Shown here: positions 22,001 to 33,720 of the stretch, in pieces
Numbering within the stretch: position 1 is the stretch's first letter
How the letters are laid out: each line of letters begins with the position of its first letter
Assembly: GCF_006345805.1 (NCBI RefSeq)
Contig: NC_043014.1
Location: 12,338,001 to 12,402,000 of the forward strand
Source: Octopus sinensis
Taxonomy: Eukaryota
Direction: 5' to 3'
DNA: 64,000 nt
The notes under the pieces: model-generated
Seen by the model: only the letters and a program-made list of their open reading frames with translations
What the model was told of the DNA's origin: nothing
The model's database searches: none
Translations under genes and position numbers: made by a program

Positions 22001-25000
22001 TTTGGCACACCCACAACAATCACCACCGACAGAGGACGTCAGTTCGATTCCCACCTTTTCACCGAGCTGACTCGTCTCCTCGGGTGTAAACACACCCGCA
22101 CTACGGCTTACCACCCTGCAGCAAATGGCATGGTCGAATGCTTTCACCGCCAACTCAAGGCATCTATCAAAGCAGCTCTAGACAGTTCTCACTGGTTGGA
22201 ACATCTCCCTCTCATCCTCCTTGGAATTCGATCCACGGTTAAGGAAGAACTGGGATATACTCCGGCTGAACTCGTTTATGGCACAGCACTCACCTTACCT
22301 GGGCAGATGATCGAACCTGTTTCACAAGGCTTTCCTGACCCACAACAATATGTGCACCGATTACGGACATCCATGTCGCAGTTATCACCTTCAGGCCCCA
22401 GACAACAGAACGTCGTTTCACGAGTCCCAAAAGATATCAACACTTGGACTCATGTTTTCGTGAGGAATGATGGGATACCATCTCAACTTCGCCCACCATA
22501 TTCCGGGCCCTACAAGGTTATCAAAAGAGAACCCAAGTATTTCGTCCTCCATATTGGAGGCAAACGAAATACAGTCTCGATTGATCGTTTAAAAAAAGCT
22601 TTCATCGAGGAGGACTTACATTCAGTTCCCTCCTTTCCTCGAACAGACTCAACAACTCCAGCAAACACCACAGATTCTGCACAACCCCGACACACCAAAT
22701 CGGGAAGAACAGTTCGATGGCCAGCAAGGTTTATGCAAGTTTTTCGGGTAGGTTCCGAACTTTTAACTTGTCCATCTTCCTAAATGAAATGCATACATCA
22801 ACACATAACTCACATAACTGCATCACCCACATACAAACCCAGAGAAATCAAAGAACATTTATGTGCATAAAAAAAAAAAAAAAACGAAAACAAAAACGTT
22901 GTTCCACATCAACGAAAAACTGTCTGTATGAACATTTACGGAACATTTCACAATCGAACTTTGCCGATGAACATTTCTTTCATTTTTGCATGTTTTGCAT
23001 GTTTTGCTTTCTTGTAAATATATTTTTGCTAACTGCATATTCACACACATTTACAAGTCATATTCTCATGTGTGCTATCACTCGATCTTTTTCGCCACTG
23101 AAAGACACCTTGCCTCTATTAGACCTCTAGTGGGTCAAGTAATCAATAGACGCACATCTCTTTCAACGTGCCAACATATTTCTGCCTGGGCACAAATACA
23201 TATTGCCCACCATATAGCACACACAAACAGTAAACCTTTGCTTCATAATTTTATTGTTCATTTGTCTGTTACGATGTGTAAATTTTTTCTGCATACACAC
23301 AAAAAATAACATTTCCAATATCGTTCGATCTCTGTGGCTTTCTCACTTTCTTCTCTAAGCCTAGATTCAAAATCGAATCCAAGAATTATCGGTCGTCAAA
23401 TACCAATGCATGTATAGGCGCGAAATTTAAAGATCCTTTGTTCTGTCAAAAAGTGATTGATCATCTCCTTTGACCTGCGACCTCAGCCATGTCAAGCCAA
23501 GTTCAACTGGACAAGCGCTGACCTACTCAAGTGGTGGCTCTGTTGCAGTATGTCTATCTTTCTAGCTGTTTGAAATATAAATACAAGGGAAAAACAGAGA
23601 AAGAAACACAATCGGAACTGACACACCAGCAGACACCCCGCGTTTTGGAGACGACAGAGAAAATGCCTACAGGCTACTGTTTAGAATGATTCACGCACAC
23701 ACCCACACACACAAACATATTCATCTTTATTATGTGCTCTGTACAAGCAATGCGTAGCATTTGCTTACAATTGTATGTAGTGTATTTATAATCCATGTAA
23801 ATAAATCCCTTTTTAATCATGAAACAACTTATGCATTTATTAATACACACACATATCCACTACACATGCATGGAAGACAAATGTTAAATGATAACGATAA
23901 ATATGGCCGTTGCCACGTAAAAAGCACCATCCAATTGTGGCCGTTTACCAGCCTCGTCTGGCACCTGTGCAGGTGGCACATAAAAAGCACCCACTACACT
24001 CATGGAGTGGTTGGCGTTAGGAAGGGAATCCAGCTGTAGAAACACTGCCAGATCAGACTGGGCCTGGCACAGCCTTCTGGCTTCCCAGACCCAGTTGAAC
24101 CGTCCAACCCATGCTAGCATGGAAAACGGACGTTAAACGATAATGATGATGATAAATAATAACCTATGGATATACATACACTCAATTTGATTCCATCGTT
24201 GACACACTGTAACTCCAACTCAAGGAATTCCTTGGTTTCATCGTGATCAGGGACAGAGAGGCGAGGTTTTTTAGTTGGGCTGTAAAGAAAGTTTATAAAA
24301 CCAATTTTCAATGCAGTTTCACTACCACATACATCAAATACACCATTCTTCTAAAGAAGATGATAATATCTGCTTCATAATTTTCATAGTTCATGCATGC
24401 AAAGGAGAAGCAAGTACTGGCAATCCCACTGTATGGCACCTGGGACAAGTGTCTTCTGCTGTAGTCCTGGGACAACCACACACATACACACACACACACA
24501 CAATGGGGTTCTTTTTGTTTCCGTCAATCAAATCCACTCACTGGTGGAGCGCTAAGAGCACCATCCAAGCGTGATCGTTGCCAGAGCAGCTGACTGGCTT
24601 CCATGCTGGTGGCACGTAAAAACCACCATTCGAGCGTGATCATTACCAGCATCACCTTACTGGCACTTGTGCTGGTGGCACGTGAAAAATAACATTCGAG
24701 CGAGGTTGTTGCCAGTGCCGCTGGACTGGATCCTGTTCAGGTGGCACGAAAAGCACAATTTGAGCATGGCCGTTGCCAGTACCGCCTGACTGGCCCTCAT
24801 GCTGGTGGCACGTAAAAGCAGCCACTACACTCTCGGAGTGGTTGGCGTTAGGAAGGGCATCCAGCTGTAGAAACTCTCCTAGATCAAGATTGGAGCTTGG
24901 TGCAGCCATCTGGCTCACCGGTCCTCAGTCAAATCATCCAACCCATGCCAGCATGGAAAGCGAACGTTAAACGATTATGATGATGAGCTGGCAGAAACGT

Positions 25001-28000
25001 TAGCACACCGGGCGAAATGCTTAGCGGTATTTCGTCTGCCGTTACGTTCTGAGTTCAAATTTCGCCGAGGTCAACTTTGCCTTTCATCCTTTCGGGGTCG
25101 ATAAATGAAGTACCAGTTACACACTGGGGTCGATGTAATCGACTTAATCTGTTTGTCTGTCCTTGTTTTTCCCCCTCTGTGTTTAGCCCCTTGTGGGTAG
25201 TAAAGAAACAGATTATGATGATGATGATGATGAAGGCTTTGGTCAGCCTGAGGCTTCAGAAGAAGACACTTGCCCAAAGTGCTACACGATGGGATTGAAC
25301 CTGAAACCATGTAGCTGGGAAGCAAGCTTCTTACTACACAGCCATGCCTGCACCTAGATGTTGGATATCAATTAAAACAAAGAGTCAATACATACACACA
25401 AGAGCCTGTACACACCCACTCACACACACATTAAAAATATAGTCGAGAAAAGGTTAAAATAGATTTGGAAGTCTTACCTGGGCATATGAGACTCATTTTC
25501 TTTCATTGTTAACATATTCTTTAACATTTCATTTTCAAACCTCAGGAAATGTTCATTTTCATTCTGGAAAAAATCAAAAACAATGCATTTCACAATACTG
25601 AGACAGGAATAAACAATTTGACCGTTTTGTGACCAACCTGCCTGAAAACACTCCTGGTTCTATGATGAAAGTTTCTTCATTTGAAACGATCTTAATTAAA
25701 AGCTCCCATCAAAATTTCGTGCTAATTTATGCTGCAGGCATCAGATTGATAATCAGAAAATTATTTTACTAATTTACTCTTTTACTTGTTTTCAGTCATT
25801 TGACTGTGGCCATGCTGGAGCACCGCCTTTTTAGTCGAGCAAATTGACCCCAGGAGTTATTCTTTGTAAGCCTAGTACTTATTCTATCGGTTTCTTTTGC
25901 CGAACTGCTAAGTTACGGGGGACGTAAACACATCAGCATCGGTTGTCAAGCAATGTTGGGGAGGGACAAACACACACATATATACGACAGGTTTCTTTCC
26001 GTTTCCGTCTACCAAATCCACTCACAAGGTTTTGGTCGGCCCGAGGTGCCATGCAGTGGGACTGAACCATGTGGTTGGTAAACAAGTTACTTACCACACA
26101 GCCACTCCTACACCTAAATTCTTCATTATTTCCAAAATTAATTGAAACAAAGGCAGAATATTTTAACAGAAATATGGTAACAAAAGGGATTAAGTGACCT
26201 GAATTAAAACCTTCCATCAAAATTTCATGTTACTGTAAAAACCCATGTAATTTGCGCACTTGTGTAATTTACACAGGTGATTTTCAGGATAAAATTTCTT
26301 AAAAAAAGCTTCTACTCATGTAAAATTCGCACCCAAAAGTTTTCAGAATTGCTGATATGGCCAGAGGGAAAAGGTTTTCACTTTAGATGTATTTAGCATA
26401 ATTTCACTTATTTATGATTAGATTTTGTTAAATTCTCATAAAACAAAATTTCTGTTTAACAGGTCTCACATTGAAAGCTATTGAACTACAAAGTGTTTGT
26501 GTTGTTTATAATAAACTTTATTTTACATTTCTTTCCCACAAGAGATTATGTCCGATCTTTAGCATACTGCTGTATGTCTTCTCAAATCACGATCACAGGA
26601 AAAGTTATTGATAAGAATTATCAACAAAAACAAAGCTGATAAATATGCACAGGTGTTGCAAATTAAGCTTAATTACCAATAAACATTAATGGTTTTAGTA
26701 AATTTATACAGAAAATGTAAGCATTATACCATCCAGCATAAATAAAGTCAACTTCATCATATTTAACCCTTTAGCATTTAAACCGGCCATATCCGGCCAA
26801 AAATATTCTACCTGTTTTATGTTCAAACTAGCCCTATCTGGTCTTTCACACCAACCCTACAATATCATCTTAAAAATTAACAGCTACCTTATCAAAATCT
26901 CATAGCTACAAGATAATGCTTGGTTAGTTCAAAACAATGTGGATAAAAAGCATTAGTTTTGGCAGAATAATGCAAACACTAAAGGGTTAAGCCCTTATTT
27001 TTTCTGTAAAACCTATTCTGACATTAAATGAGTCAACTTCCAGTATGAATGCTTGTCTTGTATGTCTTTCTTCAACAGATAAAATATTTCTAAAAAAATT
27101 CTGGAAATCATCTACTTATGTAATTTACACACTTTGAAAGTTTATTTTTATTTTTGGGGAAAAAAATGCGTAAATTACATGGGCTCTTACAGTAATTTAT
27201 GTTCCAAACACCAGATTAATAACGAGAAAGTTATTTTACTTTCTTCATTATTTCCAAAATTAATTGAAACCGGTGGCACGTTAAAAGCACCAACCGATCG
27301 TGGCCGATGCCAGACCCCCCTGGCCCCTGTGCAGGTGGCACGTAAAAAGCACCCACTACACTCGCGGAGTGGTTGGTGTTAGGAAGGGCATCCAGCTGTA
27401 GAAACACTGCCAGATCAGACTGGAGCCTGGTGCAGCCCTGGCTTCCCAGACCCCGGTCGAACCGTCCAACCCGTGCTAGCGCAGAAAACGGACGTTAAAC
27501 GATGATGATGAAAGGCAGTGTAATTCAAAAGAAATATGGCAGCAAAAAGTTAAACAAGAGCATCAAGGTAAGGAGAGAGAGAATAAAAAGCACCTGGTGC
27601 CACAAAAAGGCACCTAGTACACTCTGTAAGATGGTTGGCATTAAGAAGGACATCCAGCTGTAGAAACTGAGCCAAAAGAGATAATAGAACTTGGTGCAGC
27701 CCTCTGGCTTGCCAACTCCTATCAAACCATTCAACTCATGCCAGCATGGAAAATAGACATTAAATGATGATGAACTCTATTTGGGAAATAGTTGAAAGAA
27801 ACTAAGATGAACAATTTTTTTTTTTAGAGAAACAAAACTAAACAATAAAAGAAATAAAGATGCCACAGTCAAGGGCCAACAAGGATTCATCCTGAATCAT
27901 ATTATTATTATTGTTTTTAAATTCCTTATGCATTAAAGAGGATATGTTTTCTTCCAAATAAATTTCATTTTTTTGTTTAAGCTCCGACAATACTTTGCTA

Positions 28001-31000
28001 AGCGCTAAACATTCTTGTGATTTCTCAAACAATTCCTCTTCCAGTTCTTTTACTGTCTTGTTCAGCTCTATATTTCTTCCTTCAAGCTCAGAGAATTCTC
28101 TGGAATGCACTAAACATTCTTGTGATTTAGCAGATAACTTTTCTTCAATTTCTTTTAATCTTTCATGAAAAAAACAAATAGAGTCTCTGTGTGTCACTCA
28201 ACCTGCAAGAAACAGCAGCCAGATCTCCCTGATCATCTTAATGAAAGGAAATGACATATTAACATAGCTTTATATATCCCCCTATAAAAGATGGGACGAC
28301 CACAATAGGAACGCCTGTTCATCATATAACTGCTTGATCTGGATTGACTTGGGGTTAAAAATAATAACAATTTGAAGAAAGAATAAAAGCCAAGAAAAAA
28401 AACGTTCACTATTATCTTTCATCATTTACTACAGTACTTGGACTGAGGTCATATTGGGACACTGCCTTGAGGGGTTTCAGTAGGACAAATTGACCCCAGG
28501 ACTTCTGTTTTTATTTTTAAGTTTGCTACATGCTCTGTTGGCCCGTTTTGCCAAACTGTGAAGTTAGAAAGGTGCCAACTTTTTTGGACTGCAGCCCCCT
28601 TGACACCCAGGCCACATTCCTAGTGACCCCACCCCAGCTAACTATCACAAACATAGACCTCTTTCTGAAGCAAATTCAAAGCAACTGTATTTCACAAATA
28701 AACTTAACCTAACGAACCCGTAATTTTGTTGTTTGCACATGAATCACTACCCCATTATCGCCCTGCTTTCCTTCAATGCCCCCTTGGAATTTTCCACTGT
28801 CCCCAGGGGAGTAATAGCACCCACTTTGGGAACCACTGATGTAAACCAACCAATGCCAATTGTCAAGGGTGACAAAAAGTCAAAAAAACATTGTGTTTGT
28901 GTGTGTGTGTGTGTGTGTGTATTTAACCCTTTAGTGTTCAGATTACTGTTAAATGTAATATTTTTTCACTCAAATTGTTTTTAATTAATCCTGCATTATT
29001 TTATAGCTTTTGAGGTTTCAATGATATGAATATTTATTTTTAGAATGTCAATGTAGGTTAGGTGTGAGAAGCTACATATCACCAGTTTGAATATAAAGCA
29101 TAGAATATTTGGGCCGGATATGGCCGGTTTAAACACTAAAGGGTTAAGTGTGTCTGCTATTTTCAAGATTCTCGTTTGATGGTCTTACTTGTGCCAAGTA
29201 CTGACATGTCAAAGAATACAAACAAAAATACAAGATAAAAACAAGAAAAACAAAAACAAAAAATGGCTAAAAGAAGAGAAGGAATGCAAAAAACATAACA
29301 ACAAAGTAGAAAACTAAAAGATCAAACCTACTTTACATTCTGTTTGGACAGAACAGCTGACATAGTTAACTAGAGGTTTGCCATTGGAAATACGCTTCAA
29401 GTTATTACTGGTATCAGTAGTTTTGCTCTCATCATCAGACAGTGAGGTTTCGGCAATGCTGTCAAGAAATCTCGCAGGAGTTCTACAAGCATCTGTGAAG
29501 GAAAAGGAACAGAGATTAGATTTAAGAGCTTTGTCTAGACTGGTGCTCTGCAACTGGTATGCCGCGAGACAGTACTAGTTGTGCCACAGTGTAACCCGAT
29601 TATAATTTCTACCCTTATACTTTTAGTTATATTTTTAGTTCAGGTGGAGGCGCAATGGCCCAGTGGTTAGGGCAGCGGACTCGCGGTCATAGGATCGCGG
29701 TTTCGATTCCCAGACCGGGCGTTGTGAGTGTTTATTGAGCGAAAACACCTAAAGCTCCATGAGGCTCCGGCAGGGGATGGTGGTGATCCCTGCTGTACTC
29801 TTTCACCACAACTTTCTCTCACTCTTACTTTCTGTTTCTGTTGTACCTGTATTTCAAAGGACCGGCCTTGTCACTCTCTGTGTCACGCTGAATATGCCCG
29901 AGAACTACGTTAAGGGTACACGTGTCTGTGGAGTGCTCAGCCACTTACACGTTAATTTCACGAGCAGACTGTTCCGTTGATTCGGATCAACCGGAACCCT
30001 CGTCGTCGTAACCGACGGAGTGCTTCCCAGTTCAGATGTGCCGCTCAAGTTTGAAAAGAATAAAAGTATACCACAGGTGAAAAAAAGGTTGTGGAACACA
30101 GGTCTAGACATCAAAAGGTTATGTTTTACTTCCAGTGGAGTTGCCTGAATGAAACATAGCCAAGTTCCAGAGTAGGAGGGACAGCAACTATGGCTCTTTG
30201 CAGTGCTTTTGATACAATTGCAATGGGATGGGTAGGAAACGACATTGATTCGTAGTCTGCTGCAATAAGATTCAGTTTCATTAAGATATCCTATCTGTCG
30301 GGTCTGAATACATGACACAGGGTAGATTCCATAAAAAAGCATCCAAAGACTTGGAGATGGTTGTGTTAATCCTTTAGCATCCAGATTACTCTGTCAAATG
30401 TAATACTTACTTCAGTCACAATGTTTTGAATTAATTATGCATCATCTAATATACTCTCTCTTTTACTCTTTTACTTGTGTCAGTCATTTGACTGCGGCCA
30501 TGCTGGAGCACCGCCTTTTAGTCGAGCAAATCGATCCCAGGACTTATTCTTTGTAAGCCTAGTACTTATTCTATCGGTCTCTTTTGCCAAACCGCTAAGT
30601 AACAGGGACGTAAACACACCAGCATCGGTTGTCAAGCGATGTTGGGGGTACAAACACAGACACACAAATATATACACACATACATATATACGACAGGCTT
30701 CTTCCAGTTTCCGTCTACCAAATCCACTCACAAGGCTTTGGTCGGCCCGTGCCTATAGCAGAAGACACTTGCCCAAGATGCCACGCAGTGGAATTGAACC
30801 CGGAACCATGTGGTTAGTTAGCAAGCTACTTACCACACAGCCACTCCTGCGCCTATTACTGCTTTTACTTATATAACAATTAATTACTATAAGATTGTAT
30901 CAATTTTTCTTTGTGTTTTCCAAGTTTTAGATGTAACATCCGCTTCAGCTTTACACAACCATTACATTTTAAAATGTAGGGAAAAAATTTAAAACCTGTT

Positions 31001-32600
31001 ATTGGTGCTTCAATTTTCCTCTTCAAAAGTCCTGGACACCATGTCTTCCTCCGAATGATTCTTTGCTGAAAGGACAAAAAAAGAATTCTTTTACTAACAA
31101 AATAAAATACTAAAACAGCATTTATTTCAATGGATTTCTAATACTAAAGAAGGAAACCAATGATGGCCTGCATTGGTAGCAGTTACTTAATAAGGCTCAC
31201 AAAATTGAATAATTTTATGTGAGGGTACAATTACAGCAGTGGTTCTCAATCAGGATCCATATGGCTCCTGAAGGTCCATGCAACAAAGTAGTAAATTGGG
31301 GACCCACAATAGTATTTTAAGGGCCTCTGAAAAATGTTGCTTTAGCTATATGTATTGATATACATTGCAAGAAACAGCTAGGTTTCTTTCTCCAGCATTT
31401 TACATAGTTTGACCTACACAAGTTAATGTGTGAAAAACAAAATAGGAATTTTGAAAGAAGTTTCCATAAAACTAGTTTTTAAATATTGAATGGCTATGGG
31501 GGTCCACCAGACTAAAATAGTAATCAAAAGGGGTCCATAGATAAAAATGATTGAGAAACCTGTGTCGGTGGCACATAAAAAACACCATCCGAGCGTGGCC
31601 GTTCGCCAGCCTCGTCTGGCACCTGTGTCGGTGGCACATAAAAAACACCATCCGAGCGTGGCCGTTCGCCAGCCTCGTCTGGCACCTGTGTCGGTGGCAC
31701 ATAAAAAACATCATCCGAGCATGGCCGTTTGCCAGCCTCGTCTGGCACCTGTGTCGGTGGCACATAAAAAACATCATCCGAGCATGGCCGTTTGCCAGCC
31801 TCGTCTGGCACCTGTGTCGGTGGCACATAAAAAACACCATCCGAGCATGGCCGTTTGCCAGCCTCGTCTGGCACCTGTGTCGGTGGCACATAAAATCACC
31901 CACTACACTCTCGAAGTGGTTGGCGTTAGGAAGGGCATCCAGCTGTAGAAACACTGCGAGATCTGACTGGCCTGGTGCAGCCTTCGGGCTTCCCAGACCC
32001 CAGTTGAACCGTCCAACCCATTCTAGCATGGAAAGCGGACGTTAAACGATGATGATGATGAAACCCTAATGTACAGCTATGTCGTTAAAATGTTTGCTTC
32101 ATAGCCAAGGTCTGAATTCGTAGGACTGTGATATGTTAGCCAATTATTTTCAATGAAAGCTTTGAGAGTAAAATTTGATAGATGGAAACAGCGGAAATCC
32201 ATATTATATAGCTGATCTCTAATTGTGAAGGGAACCTGTAGAAGAGGTAGATCCAGGAAGATGTGGGATGAGGTGGTGAAATATGATCTTTGGTTGTTGA
32301 GTCTCATGGAGGCAATGACAAGTGACCGAGACTTTTGGCAATTTGTTGAGCTTCAGAAAACACATCAAGGTAAGTGGAATTATGGTTGTGGCCAGTGCTG
32401 ATGACACATAAAAGACACCCAGTACATACTCTAGAGTGGTTGGTGTTGAGAAGGGCATCCAGCTGTAGAAACCAAGCCAAAAAATGAAGGCTGGAGCCTG
32501 GTGCAGCTCTCCTCAGAAAAGATTTTGGAGGGTAAGTTCAAATCATTTGAGCACTACTAAGTATTTTCTATATTGAGTATCTCTGGATGTCATCTGTTAA

Positions 32601-32632
<32 letters not shown>

Positions 32633-32941
32633 GTGTGTGAGTGTGCGTATATATATATATATATATAATAACAAAGGGTAAAATTAATTAATTAAGAAGT
32701 AATCAATAATTTTCCCCAAGTAGAATTCGGCATGAAAAAAGGACCATTTCATGGTAAACTTAAGTAATACTTAATAAATAGGGTTCAGCAAAGATTTGCT
32801 TTACCACATACCGAAGTTTAGAAATAGCAGCCAAAAACGTTAGCTATTTCTTCTACTTTAAAAAGGGACTCCCAGAAAAACCAAAAGTATGTGGTAAAGC
32901 AAATCTTTGCTGAACACCTATTTATTAAGTGTGTATATATA

Positions 32942-32988
<47 letters not shown>

Positions 32989-33686
32989 TAGATAGATATT
33001 GTTACCATCAGTTAACATCAGTTTTCCATGATGGCAGGATTTGGACATGTGTGGGGGTCTTTATGTATGTGTTTGTCCCCCTCCCCACTACTTGACAACC
33101 GGTGTTGGTGTGTTTACATCCCCATAACTTAGCGATTTGGCAAAAGAGACCAACAGAATAAGTACCAGGCTATATAAGAGATAATAAATACAGGGGTTGA
33201 TTCGTTTGACTAAAATTCCTCAAGGCAATGCTCCAGCATGGCTGCAGTCTAATGACTGAAACAAGTAAAAGATAAAAAATTATGATATACCTTGGTATTT
33301 TCAGAAGTCGAGACACATATCATTTTCTTCAGTGTGTCAATTGTATTTTGGTATTTCTTCTCCAATTGTTCTTTCTCTGAATCATTGCTTATGAATCTAT
33401 AATAAGGATTTAAGTTCTTCTGTGGAGTCTGTTTCTTATACTATGGGAAAATAAAAGAGAAATGTTATACACCAACAAACAAAAATGTTTCATAAATATT
33501 TTTTAAATATTAACAAGGCGCAGGTGTGGCTGTGTGGTAAGTAGCTTGCTAACCGACCACATGGTTCCGGGTTCAGTCCCACTGCGTGGCATCTTGGGCA
33601 AGTGTCTTCTGCTATAGCCTCGGGCCAACCAATGCCTTGTGAGTGGATTTGGTAGACGGAAACTGAGAGAAGCCTGTCATATATAT

Positions 33687-33720
<34 letters not shown>

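Larger units (their letters stand above)
18112..23864 (+). mobile_element. Ty3/Gypsy LTR retrotransposon, CsRn1/Kabuki-like clade, decayed
   Basis: 5' LTR 18112-18648 (TG..CA); 3' LTR ~23344-23864; 4-bp TSD CATG; PBS TGGTGACCCCG at 18651 (tRNA-Trp-like); gag, protease, RT, RNase H and integrase in order. Confidence 0.95.

Noticed and set aside
27838-28197. ORF matching the CENP-E repeat, as an extra exon
   Set aside because: There is no phase-compatible acceptor/donor pair, and the flanking exons join in phase without it; it is treated as an intronic copy.
29645-29720. tRNA gene (also 49409 and 48465)
   Set aside because: The tRNA-like heads continue into a shared SINE body and lack a proper acceptor stem.
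31556-31890. Regularly spaced ~63-67-bp repeats (also 612-830, 42470-42720) resembling a CRISPR array
   Set aside because: Units are head-to-tail with no unique spacers, there are no cas genes, the context is eukaryotic, and they are part of the RTE 3' UTR.
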